This document shows, one piece after another, positions 1 to 8,981 of a stretch of 64,000 bases of DNA. The position numbers and the translations under genes are program-made. Below the pieces are notes generated by a model that was not told where the DNA came from, did not search any database, and saw nothing but the letters and a program-made list of their open reading frames with translations. Source of the stretch: Alphaproteobacteria bacterium (GTDB taxonomy: Bacteria > Pseudomonadota > Alphaproteobacteria > UBA828); NCBI GenBank assembly GCA_965214705.1, contig CBDCCI010000001.1, positions 256,001-320,000 on the forward strand, in the 5' to 3' direction. Position 1 is the first letter of the stretch. Every line of letters starts with the position of its first letter.

Positions 1-864
1 CACATCGCGCTCGCTCTCGCCGTGACCGGCCTCTGGGGCTTCTCCTTCGTGGTCATGCGGGAGCTGCTCGATGCCCTGCCCCCGCTCATGGTGGCCGGGC
101 TCCGCGTCGTCATTGCCGCGCTGCCCGTCCTGGTTCTCTTTCGCCCGCCGGCGATCCGCTGGTACTGGACCTTAGGCATCGGCTTGACCCAGGGCACGAT
201 CCAGATGTCGCTGCTGTTCTTCGCCATGGAATTCGGCATGCCGGCAGGGCTCAGCTCGCTGCTGCTCCAATCCCAGGTCTTCTTCACCACGATCTTCGCC
301 TTCGCGATCCTGGGTGAGAGGCCGGGGCGCGCCCAGTATGCGGGCATCGCCGTCTCCGGCGCGGGCATCGCGATCATCGGCCTCACCCTGCCGGGCGGCC
401 CGACTCTCGCGGGCCTCGGCTTCGTGCTCGTGTCCGCCGTGTGCTGGGCCTCCTCCAACATGATCGTCAAGCTCGCCGGCACCGACGACCTGCTGCGCCT
501 GATCGCCTGGGCACACCTGATCGGCATCGCGCCCCTGCTCGGGCTCTCTTACATCTTCGAAGGGGGATCGGCGGCCTTCATCGCGCTCGTCGACATGACC
601 TGGGTGACTATTGGGGAGCTGTTCTTCCTCGGGCTGATCGCCACCTGCTTCGGCTTCATGCTGTGGAGCTACTTGCTGCGCCGCTATCCGGCCTACCTGG
701 TGACGCCCTTCTCGCTGGTCATCCCCATCTCGGGCCTGATCAGCACCGCGCTGCTGCTGGACGAAAGCCTGGGGCCGCAGCGGCTCGCGGGCGTCGGGCT
801 GGTGCTCGTCGGTCTCGTTCTGGCGACGCTCCGCTTCCGTGCCCGCCGCGCCGTGGAGTCTTAA
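1..864 (+). CDS. EamA/DMT family exporter (5' end truncated by window)
   Basis: About 10 hydrophobic helices; LWG.SF, GMPAGLSSLLLQSQVFFT and VTPFSLVIP motifs typical of EamA; frame is open to position 1. Confidence 0.85.
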   Translation, partial: HIALALAVTGLWGFSFVVMRELLDALPPLMVAGLRVVIAALPVLVLFRPPAIRWYWTLGIGLTQGTIQMSLLFFAMEFGMPAGLSSLLLQSQVFFTTIFAFAILGERPGRAQYAGIAVSGAGIAIIGLTLPGGPTLAGLGFVLVSAVCWASSNMIVKLAGTDDLLRLIAWAHLIGIAPLLGLSYIFEGGSAAFIALVDMTWVTIGELFFLGLIATCFGFMLWSYLLRRYPAYLVTPFSLVIPISGLISTALLLDESLGPQRLAGVGLVLVGLVLATLRFRARRAVES

Positions 865-908
865 TCCCGAGGCTGGCAACGGGCGCGCCGCGCGGGTACC
901 CTCCCGAG

Positions 909-1760
909 ATGAAGAAATTCCGCACGCTATTCGCCCGCACCCTCGTCGCAACCGGCGTCGCACTTGGCCTCGCCCTGGCCGCCGCCATGCCGGCGCAGGC
1001 CGAGGTCGTCTGCGATCCCGACAAGATCGAGGACGGCCGCTGCGATCCCGCCGCACCCGCCAAGACCACGGACGGCGGAGACGCCGTATCGGCCGGCGAT
1101 CTGCCGGTCGAGGCGATCCGGCAGATCATCCGCGACTATCTCCTCGAGCAGCCGGAGCTGCTGATCGAGGTTCAGCAGGCGCTGCAGGCCAAGCGCGATG
1201 CAGAGGCCGCCCTGCAAGCGCAGCAGGCCATCCAGATTTATAGCGACGAGATCTTCTCGGACCCCGAGGCGCCGGTCGCGGGGAATCCCGAGGGCGCCAT
1301 CGTGCTGGTCGAGTTCTTCGACTATCGCTGCGGCTACTGCCGGCGCGTCAAGCCCACGCTGGAGACCCTGCTCGCGGAGAACGACGACCTGCGCGTCGTC
1401 TTCAAGGAGTTCCCGATCCTAGGGCCGGAATCGACGCTGGCGGCCCGCGCGGCGCTCGCATCCCGAGCGCAGGGCCTCTACGAGCCGTTTCACTGGGCGT
1501 TGATGAGCACTGACGGCCCCTTCGACCTCGACCACATCCTCGCGGTCGCGCGCTCCGTTGGCCTCGACGACGAGCGGCTCGCGCGCGACATGGAGGAGCC
1601 GGCCATCGATACGCTGATCGATCGGAACGCCGTGCTCGCCAGCGCCCTCGCAATTCGGGGAACGCCGGCCTTCGTCATCGGCGATCGCATGATCCGCGGC
1701 GCGCTGCCGATCGGGCAATTCCGCACCGCCATCGCCGACGCACGGCAGGCCCTGCAGTAA
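909..1760 (+). CDS. DsbA-family (Com1/ScsC-like) thiol-disulfide oxidoreductase
   Basis: Signal peptide (MKKFR...AQA), IRDYLLEQPE stem, EFFDYRCGYC active site, GTP cis-Pro loop; ATG at 909. Confidence 0.9.
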   Translation: MKKFRTLFARTLVATGVALGLALAAAMPAQAEVVCDPDKIEDGRCDPAAPAKTTDGGDAVSAGDLPVEAIRQIIRDYLLEQPELLIEVQQALQAKRDAEAALQAQQAIQIYSDEIFSDPEAPVAGNPEGAIVLVEFFDYRCGYCRRVKPTLETLLAENDDLRVVFKEFPILGPESTLAARAALASRAQGLYEPFHWALMSTDGPFDLDHILAVARSVGLDDERLARDMEEPAIDTLIDRNAVLASALAIRGTPAFVIGDRMIRGALPIGQFRTAIADARQALQ

Positions 1761-1789
1761 GGCGCGAGCACCGCCGCCGACCAACTCAA

Positions 1790-1820
1790 GAGAAAGGGGC
1801 GGGCCCGAAGGCCCGCCCTG
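1790..1820 (-). terminator. Intrinsic terminator of the amt operon (possibly bidirectional)
   Basis: 9-bp GC stem GGGCGGGCC/GGCCCGCCC with cUUCGg tetraloop on minus strand followed by CTTTCTCTT; lies between convergent genes. Confidence 0.75.
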
Positions 1821-1844
1821 TAACGTAACGACGGTGGCGCGAGA

Positions 1845-2102
1845 TCAGCTCTTGGCGATCTGAACCTCGTCCGCCGTCGCGATGGTGCCGGTGGCATGGT
1901 GCATGGCGCGTTCCATGCCGACCTCGCGGTAGAGCTTGACCGCTTCGCGGTACTCGCTCTCCTCCTGGTAGATCTGGAAGAAGTGCCAGCCTACCCAGAG
2001 GGCCACGAGGATTCCGACCATCGCCGTCTCGGCGCCCACGCCAGGGTACATGGCGCCGATTTCGGCGGGATTGGTAAAGGAGTCCAAGCCGGTCGAAGCC
2101 AT
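1845..2102 (-). CDS. Small single-pass membrane protein coupled to amt
   Basis: 85 aa; RBS AGGAGG overlaps the amt stop codon; one TM segment (AMVGILVALWVGWHFF). Confidence 0.8.
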   Translation of the reverse strand: MASTGLDSFTNPAEIGAMYPGVGAETAMVGILVALWVGWHFFQIYQEESEYREAVKLYREVGMERAMHHATGTIATADEVQIAKS

Positions 2103-2111
2103 CTTATCCTC

Positions 2112-3518
2112 CTATTCCTTGGCGTAGGTGCGTTCGATCTTCTCGAACGCCGTCTCCTGGTGTGCATGGTAGGGATACGCATCACCGAGTTGATGCGTAT
2201 CCAGCCCCGCCAGCTCGACCTCGCGCGGCACCCGCAGCATGTTGAAGTACTGCAGGACCCGGGCCAGGACGTAGCAGGGCAGGAAGCCCAGCACCCAGAA
2301 CATGATGATCGCCCCCAGAATCTGGCCGACCGGGTTGATTTGCGGCAGGCCTTCCGGAGTCGTGAACAGGGCGATCGAGGCCTCGCGTGCTCCATAGTCG
2401 CCGAACGTCGGCGCCGCGGCCGGGTAACCCCAGAGCACGAAACCACACACGATGACGCCGAAGAACCCGGCGTAACCGTGCACGGCGACCGCGCCGACCG
2501 CATCGTCGATCTTGAACTTACGCTCGACCCAGTGGTGCACGTAGAACATGAACACCACGCCGGCCCCACCGATGAACAGCGCCTGCAACGGATGATAGAG
2601 GTCGTTGCCGGCAGAGGCCGCGATGATGCCGCCGAGACCGCCTGAATAGGTCCAGAACGGATTGCCTTTGCTGACGAGGTAAGCCGCCATCAGGCCGCCC
2701 GAGAAGGACATCAGGAAGTTGTAGACGATCGCAGACAGCGTCGTCGGCATCCCGTAAATGTTGGTCGCCGAGAAGAAGGTCCCTGCCTCGCCGCCGATGT
2801 CGATGATCGGCACGTTGCAGGCCGCGTAGAAGCCCCAGAAACCGGTGAAGATCAGGAACAGCCCGACCGTGACCAGCCATGGGTTGTGCGGCTTGATCTC
2901 GTTGACCTCTCCGTTCGGCCCGAACTTGCCGATGCGTGGCCCCAGTACAAAGAGGATCGCGAGGGCCGAGCCGCCGGCGATGGCGTGCACCACGCCGGAT
3001 GCGTAGGCATCGTGATAGCCCAGGATCTGGACCATCCAGCCGCCCGGGTGCCAGCCCCAGGCCGCGTCGAGGATCCAGGTGAAGGAGCCGATCAGGACCG
3101 CGAAGATGAGGAACGCGCCGGTCTTGATACGCTCGATCACCGCGCCCGAGACAATCGAGGCGGTGGTCCATGAGAAGAGCAGGAACGCCGCCCAGAACAC
3201 GCCAAGGATGCGGTCCTGCATGTGAGCGCCCATGAACTCGTTCCACGGCTCCGCGAACGACGCATCGGAGAATCCGCCGGATGCGAACGGAACATTGGGA
3301 AATGCGAAATAGACGTACCACCCGAAGAAGAAGAACGTGACGGTGACCAGAGGGATCAGCATCGTGTTCTTCATCAAGGTGTGCAGAACGTTCTTGCGCC
3401 GGGACGCGCCTACCTCGTAGGTACAGAACCCGGCGTGAATGAGGAACATCATGACCACCGTGATCCAGTAGTAGGATTCGGTGAAAATTGTTGTCAGGGC
3501 ATCGACAGGATCACCCAT
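2112..3518 (-). CDS. Amt/Mep/Rh family ammonium (or methylamine) transporter, divergent
   Basis: AGF..YE.G, SGAVIER, VVH, GPRIGKF, IDDAVGAVAVHG and RVPREVE.AGLD motifs; about 11 TMs. Confidence 0.9.
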   Translation of the reverse strand: MGDPVDALTTIFTESYYWITVVMMFLIHAGFCTYEVGASRRKNVLHTLMKNTMLIPLVTVTFFFFGWYVYFAFPNVPFASGGFSDASFAEPWNEFMGAHMQDRILGVFWAAFLLFSWTTASIVSGAVIERIKTGAFLIFAVLIGSFTWILDAAWGWHPGGWMVQILGYHDAYASGVVHAIAGGSALAILFVLGPRIGKFGPNGEVNEIKPHNPWLVTVGLFLIFTGFWGFYAACNVPIIDIGGEAGTFFSATNIYGMPTTLSAIVYNFLMSFSGGLMAAYLVSKGNPFWTYSGGLGGIIAASAGNDLYHPLQALFIGGAGVVFMFYVHHWVERKFKIDDAVGAVAVHGYAGFFGVIVCGFVLWGYPAAAPTFGDYGAREASIALFTTPEGLPQINPVGQILGAIIMFWVLGFLPCYVLARVLQYFNMLRVPREVELAGLDTHQLGDAYPYHAHQETAFEKIERTYAKE

Positions 3519-3846
3519 AGCGCCCCCCATACCTTGTGATGCCGCACACCGCTGCGTTGCCACTCACGGTGTTGCGGCCCGAGTCGCAACCACGAATCTT
3601 GAGCAGCCCGCGGGGGCATGTCCAGCACCGCCTGCCACGGCGTCTGGAAGACACCTGAAAATCGCTTCAATTACAATGTATTATAGCGAGAGAGATGGAT
3701 CGGGATGACAAAGTCCTTGCGACGGGGAGTTGACGCGGGTTTGAAACTCTCGAGTCGCTGGACCGTTACGAATTCAGGGCCGGAGGCGGCTCAGGGCCGT
3801 CAAACCGAGCGTTTTAGACCCTCCGCCGCAGAGGGCGATCCGCGGG

Positions 3847-4704
3847 CTAGGCCCCAGCCGTCATGACAAAGTCGTGGTCGAGACGCAGGCCCTCGTCGGT
3901 CTCATCGTAGTGCACGACCAGGGAGTCCTTGACGCCAAAGACGGCATCGCTCCCGAGATAGGGGTCGTCGTCGGTGAAGAGCTGCGTCACCAGCGTCTCG
4001 TAGCCCGCCGCCGACAGCATGAAATGGATGTGGGCCGGGCGCCAGTTGTGACGGCCGGCGGCATCCAGCATGGCACCGACCGGACCATCGCCCGGGATCG
4101 TGTAGCTCACGGGCTTACGGGTGCGAAACCAGTAGCGCCCGTCGTCGCCGGTAGTCAGGCGGCCGCAGAGGTTGAACGAAGTCCCGGACGGATCCTGCGC
4201 CGCGTACGCGGCGTTTGACGCAGTCTGCCAGATGTCGAGCACCGCGCCCGCGATGGGCGCACCGTCGAGGTCGGTCACCCTGCCCGAGACGAGCACGCGC
4301 TCGCCGCCGGTCTCCCCGTCCGCCAGGTCGGCGCCGTTGTCGTAGTCCGGCGCGCCCTCGCGATAGAAAGGGCCGAGCACGCTGCTCTCGGTGGCACCGC
4401 CTGGTTTGCGGTTGTTGATGGCGTCGATGAGCATGCTTGCGCCGAGCGTGTCCGAGAGCAGGATGAACTCCTGGCGGTTCTCGTCGCACTTCTTGCCGGT
4501 CTCGGTCAGGAAGCGGATCGCCGCCAGCCATTCCTCCTCGGTTGGCTCGATGTCGCGGATGAAGCCGTGGAGGTGGCGGGTCAAGCTGACCATGATCTCC
4601 CGCAAGCGCCCGTCGGCGCCCTGTTCCAGACGCTCGATTGCCGCCTGCGTGATCTCGTCTTCGATGCTCAAGGGCTGGGTCTCAGCGCGTGCGGTCTTCG
4701 CCAT
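3847..4704 (-). CDS. Intradiol ring-cleavage dioxygenase (hydroxyquinol/catechol 1,2-dioxygenase-like)
   Basis: RQEFILLSDTLG, GPFY, Y.IP.DGPVG, RPAHIHF and SDAVFGVK motifs. Confidence 0.9.
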   Translation of the reverse strand: MAKTARAETQPLSIEDEITQAAIERLEQGADGRLREIMVSLTRHLHGFIRDIEPTEEEWLAAIRFLTETGKKCDENRQEFILLSDTLGASMLIDAINNRKPGGATESSVLGPFYREGAPDYDNGADLADGETGGERVLVSGRVTDLDGAPIAGAVLDIWQTASNAAYAAQDPSGTSFNLCGRLTTGDDGRYWFRTRKPVSYTIPGDGPVGAMLDAAGRHNWRPAHIHFMLSAAGYETLVTQLFTDDDPYLGSDAVFGVKDSLVVHYDETDEGLRLDHDFVMTAGA

Positions 4705-4804
4705 CGCGGGTCACTCCCTCGTCTGCGGCCCATGCCATGCGGGCCGTACGTGCCAGCGGCGGTCGCTCGCCGAGGGCGGGGGAGCCGACGCGCCGCCGGG
4801 CCGA

Positions 4805-5914
4805 CTAGTTGCCGACGCGGCGCCCCGAGATCGGGTCGAAGAACAACAGGGTCTCGGTATCGAGATGCACCTCGACCCGGTCGCCGTCGTTGAACTCCTG
4901 CACGCCCGCGACGGTCAGCGCCAGGTTAATCCCCGCCAGATCGATGCCGACCGTCGTGTGCATGCCGAGCGGCTCGAGATCGTTGACGATCCCGGTCCGA
5001 TGCGTTTCGGTCGCGGTCGAGGGCACGATCCGGACATGCTCGGGGCGAAGACCGACCTCGACTTCGCTCAAATGCGCGGGCAGGCCATGCTCCATGCGGT
5101 CCGGCAAGGGCAGGTTCATCGAGCCAATGGAAAGCCTGGCGGTGCCGTTCTCGCGCGCGAGCCGGCCGGGGACGATATTGATCTTGGGATTGCCGACGAA
5201 GCGGGCCACGTCGCGGTCGGCCGGCTCGTCATAGAGCTCCTGCGCCTTCGCGATCTGACGCACCTCACCCTCCAGCAGGACGCAGACGGTATCCGCAAGC
5301 GCCAGGGCTTCGGTGTAGTCCGGCGTCGCGAAGACGAAGGTGCGCCCGAGCTCACGCTGCAGGCGCTTCAGCTCGGTCCGAAGCTCGATGCGGAGCATGA
5401 AGTCGAGGCTCGAGAGCGGCTCGTCCAGCAGGTAGAAGCGCGGCTCACGCACCATGGCGCGGCCGAGTGCCACACGCTGACGCTCGCCGCCGCTAAAGGT
5501 TGCAGGCAGACGGTCGAGAATGTGCCCGATCTTGAGCAGACCGGCGATTTCGTCGACCCGCTTGGCTATCTCGGCCTTCGGCATCCTGGCGAGCTTGAGC
5601 GGGGACGCGACGTTCTCGTACCCCGTCTTGTTGGGGTAGAGCGCGAGATTATCGAAGATCATCGCGATATCGCGCCGATTGGGCTGCAGCTTGGTGAAGT
5701 TCTGTCCTTCGACCCAGACCTCGCCCGAGGTCGGCGCTTCGAGCCCGGCGACGATCCTTAGCGTGGTCGTTTTGCCGGCACCCGCAGGACCCAAGAGCAC
5801 GATCAGCGAGCCGCGCGGCACCTCCAGGCTCAGGTCCCTCAGCGCCTGAACCGAACCGAAGTTCTTGGAGATGGAGCGAAGCTGCAGGAGGGGTTCGTCC
5901 ATGGCCGGGCTCAC
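4805..5914 (-). CDS. ABC transporter ATP-binding protein (MalK-like, degenerate Q- and H-loops)
   Basis: GPAGAGKTT, FSGGERQR, LLDEPLSSLD; C-terminal TOBE-like region. Confidence 0.9.
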   Translation of the reverse strand: MSPAMDEPLLQLRSISKNFGSVQALRDLSLEVPRGSLIVLLGPAGAGKTTTLRIVAGLEAPTSGEVWVEGQNFTKLQPNRRDIAMIFDNLALYPNKTGYENVASPLKLARMPKAEIAKRVDEIAGLLKIGHILDRLPATFSGGERQRVALGRAMVREPRFYLLDEPLSSLDFMLRIELRTELKRLQRELGRTFVFATPDYTEALALADTVCVLLEGEVRQIAKAQELYDEPADRDVARFVGNPKINIVPGRLARENGTARLSIGSMNLPLPDRMEHGLPAHLSEVEVGLRPEHVRIVPSTATETHRTGIVNDLEPLGMHTTVGIDLAGINLALTVAGVQEFNDGDRVEVHLDTETLLFFDPISGRRVGN

Positions 5915-7002
5915 GCCTTGAAGCGGACGCCCGATGCGGCGTCGAACAGGGCCAGCAACTCGGCGTCCGGCCGGATTGCGATTTCGGCCCCCTCGTGGGC
6001 CTGCGTGCCGGTCTCCACGACCAGCTTCAGGTCAGACTGGCCTATGCGAGCCGTGAGAACCGTTTCAGGTCCCTGTGGCTCGACCGCGATGACCGAGGCC
6101 GTAAAGGCTTCGGGGTCGTCCGCTTCCGCCAGCATCATCGACTCGGGCCGCATGCCGACGATCACGTCGGCGCCGTCGCTCACTGCCCCGGCGCTGGCGG
6201 CCGGCACGGGAATGATCGAGCCGTTCTGCGCCACGACCGGCCGGTTGCCGTCATGGCCGAACTGCCCGTGCACGAAGTTCATCGGCGGGTTGCCGAGGAA
6301 GCTGCCGACGAAGGTGTTGTCGGGGTAGTGGTAGACGTTGTGCGCGGTGTCGTATTGCTTGAGCTGGCCGAAATCCATGACCGCGATCCGGTGCGCAAGC
6401 GAGAGCGCTTCGATCTGGTCATGGGTGACATAGATGATGGTCTGCCCGGTCTCGGCCTGAATGCGCCGGAGCTCGCGGCGCATCTGGTTTCGCATCTCGG
6501 CTTCCAGATTGCTCAGCGGCTCGTCAAGCAGCAGAATCTCGGGGTTGGTCACCAGCGTCCGCCCGATCGCGACCCGCTGAAGCTCACTCGCGCCGAGTTC
6601 CAGCGGCTTGTAGTCGAGCTGATGCTCGAGGTGCAGGAACGCGGCGACCTTCGCCACCTCGCGGTCGATATCGGCTCGCGCCATGCCGCGCACGCGGAGC
6701 CCGTATTCCAGATTGCGCCTGACGTTCATGTGGGTGAAGACGGCGTAGTCCTGGAACACCAGGCCGACATTTCGCTGGCCGGGGGGCACCTGGAGCACCG
6801 ACTGCCCGTCGATGAGGATGTCGCCCGAGGTGGGCGCCTCGAGTCCCACGATCATGTTCAGCGTGGTGGACTTGCCGCAGCCGGACGGCCCCAGCAACGC
6901 CATGGTCTCGCCTTCCTCGCAGGCGAGGGACATGTCGTCGACGGCGATGAGTTCTCCGAACTCCTTGCGGAGCTCCACCAGCTCCAGCTTGATGTTTGCC
7001 AT
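5911..7002 (-). CDS. ABC transporter ATP-binding protein (MalK-like, degenerate signature)
   Basis: GPSGCGKST, VFQDYA, LLLDEPLSNL, YVTHDQ.EA. Confidence 0.9.
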   Translation of the reverse strand: MANIKLELVELRKEFGELIAVDDMSLACEEGETMALLGPSGCGKSTTLNMIVGLEAPTSGDILIDGQSVLQVPPGQRNVGLVFQDYAVFTHMNVRRNLEYGLRVRGMARADIDREVAKVAAFLHLEHQLDYKPLELGASELQRVAIGRTLVTNPEILLLDEPLSNLEAEMRNQMRRELRRIQAETGQTIIYVTHDQIEALSLAHRIAVMDFGQLKQYDTAHNVYHYPDNTFVGSFLGNPPMNFVHGQFGHDGNRPVVAQNGSIIPVPAASAGAVSDGADVIVGMRPESMMLAEADDPEAFTASVIAVEPQGPETVLTARIGQSDLKLVVETGTQAHEGAEIAIRPDAELLALFDAASGVRFKA

Positions 7003-7011
7003 CGTGCCGCG

Positions 7012-7959
7012 CTAACGCTTGATCGCGCCGAGGGTGAGGCCGCGCACCAGATGCCGCTGGATGAAGAAGCCGACGATCACCAGCGGAACGATGGAGACGC
7101 AGGCGAGCGCCGCCTGAATGCCGTACTGCTGCCCCGAGGTGGCGCTGAAGTACTTGGAGAGCTTGACCGGGATCGTCTCGACGTTGGTGTAGGTCAGCAC
7201 CAGCGCGAACAGGAACTCGCTCCAGTTGAGGATGAAGATGAAGAGCGAGGTTGCAATCAGGCCGCCCTTGATGAGCGGCACAGTGACCTTGATGTGCGCC
7301 TCCCATCGCGACATGCCGTCCATCATCGCCGCTTCCTCGATCTCCTGAGGCAGCTCGTCGATGAAGCTCTTCAACATCCAGGTGGAGAACGGCACGGTGA
7401 CCGCGGCGTAGGCCAGTATCAGGCCCCAATAGGAGTCGGTCGCCTCGATCCCCGGCGCGCTGAACATCACGACGAACGGGATGGCGATCGCAATGGGTGG
7501 GAACATTCGCCCCGATAATATGAAGAAGGGCGTGACGTTGCCGCCGAATCGGTATCGCGCGATGGCAATTGCGGCCATGAAGCCGACCACAATGGACAGC
7601 ATTGTCGAGAGCACCGAGATGATGATCGAGCCCCGGATGGACTGCCACGCCGATTTGGTCAGGAAGTCGGCGACCGCGCCGCTCACCGCGTCGGATTCGG
7701 TCGCGCGCTGAGCCGTGACCTCGCCCTCCTCGGTGTACTGGCCGAGACCTCCCCGCTGCTCGAGCAGGACGGACGGCCACAGAATGACGAGGTAGTTAGT
7801 GACGGTGCCGTTCTCGGACACCCACACAGGCGGCGTCGTGACCCACTCGTTGGACGGCTTGAAGGAGGTGGACACCATCCAGAACAGCGGGAATACCGCG
7901 AAGAGCAGCCCGAAGGCGAGCCCGATCGCGCTGCCGGGGCCGAACTTCCGCGCACCCAT
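7012..7959 (-). CDS. CUT1 ABC permease (MalG-like)
   Basis: EAA loop (EIEEAAMMDG), FILNWSEFLFA. Confidence 0.9.
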   Translation of the reverse strand: MGARKFGPGSAIGLAFGLLFAVFPLFWMVSTSFKPSNEWVTTPPVWVSENGTVTNYLVILWPSVLLEQRGGLGQYTEEGEVTAQRATESDAVSGAVADFLTKSAWQSIRGSIIISVLSTMLSIVVGFMAAIAIARYRFGGNVTPFFILSGRMFPPIAIAIPFVVMFSAPGIEATDSYWGLILAYAAVTVPFSTWMLKSFIDELPQEIEEAAMMDGMSRWEAHIKVTVPLIKGGLIATSLFIFILNWSEFLFALVLTYTNVETIPVKLSKYFSATSGQQYGIQAALACVSIVPLVIVGFFIQRHLVRGLTLGAIKR

Positions 7960-8946
7960 CTAGCGCTTCTCCAGCAGCTCGTAGCGGATCGGCTTGAGCA
8001 TCATGTTGATCATCACCACCGTGATCACCAGCACGATGAAGCCTGCCGAGCCCGCATAGGCGAGACGGAAGTCCTGGAAGCCGAGCTTGTAGAGATACAG
8101 ACTCATGGTCTCGGTCGCCGTGCCGGGGCCGCCGCGAGTCAGGATGTAAATCTCGTCGAAGAGCTTGATGACCTCCATGCCGCGGATCACGAAGGCGATG
8201 ATGATGACGCCCCGCATGTTCGGCATGATGACGGTCCAGAAAATCCGCCAATTGCTGGCGCCCAGCACGGTCGCCGCCCGCACCGGGTTCTCCGGCACCG
8301 CGTTGAGGCCCGAGAGCAGGATCAGGAAGAACAGCGGCGTCCAGTGCCAGACCTCCGTGATAACCACGGCGAAGAAGGCCAGCACGCCGTTATTGAGCCA
8401 CTGCAAATCGGCCCCGGCGGAGGTGCCGCCGATCCAGCCCAGCACCTGATTGACCGGACCACTGTACTGGAACAGCATGAACCAGGTGTAGCCGACGACG
8501 ACCGGCATGATCATCATCGGGGTCAGCAGCGCGGTGAACCAGATGCGCTTGCCCCAGAACGTCTTGAGGAAGATCGTGGCCAGCCCGAGCCCGATGACGA
8601 ATTCGAGGCAGAGGCTCAGGACCGATATGGCGAGCGTCCGGCCCAGCGCCTCGAGGAAGCGCGGCTCGTCCGTCACCAGATAGTAGTAGTTGAGGCCGAG
8701 CTCGGTATCGCCGGAGAACACCGTCCCCACGGCGTGCCAGATGGAGGTTCCGTAGGTCGGCTGCCATTCGGTCAGCGCGACGAAGAACTCCAGGCCGAAG
8801 GGGAAAATCAACATCGTGATCAACAAGAGCTGAACCGGCGTGATGAAGAGTATGCCGATATAGCGCTTGTCATTGGGGTCGAACAGGCGTGCCCGTGCCT
8901 GCAATGCACGCACGGGCACGCCGCCGTTCGCAGTCTTCGTAACCAC
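7960..8946 (-). CDS. CUT1 ABC permease (MalF-like)
   Basis: EVWHWTPL, RAATVLGAS, FDEIYILTRGGPG.ATET. Confidence 0.9.
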   Translation of the reverse strand: MVTKTANGGVPVRALQARARLFDPNDKRYIGILFITPVQLLLITMLIFPFGLEFFVALTEWQPTYGTSIWHAVGTVFSGDTELGLNYYYLVTDEPRFLEALGRTLAISVLSLCLEFVIGLGLATIFLKTFWGKRIWFTALLTPMMIMPVVVGYTWFMLFQYSGPVNQVLGWIGGTSAGADLQWLNNGVLAFFAVVITEVWHWTPLFFLILLSGLNAVPENPVRAATVLGASNWRIFWTVIMPNMRGVIIIAFVIRGMEVIKLFDEIYILTRGGPGTATETMSLYLYKLGFQDFRLAYAGSAGFIVLVITVVMINMMLKPIRYELLEKR

Positions 8947-8981
8947 GTTACCTGCAGTCCGGTTGGGCTGTTACCGTCGGA

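Noticed and set aside
3655-3690. AT-rich stretch resembling a dif site upstream of amt
   Set aside because: No match to the XerD arm TTATGTTAAAT; more simply a promoter region (TATAAT on the minus strand)
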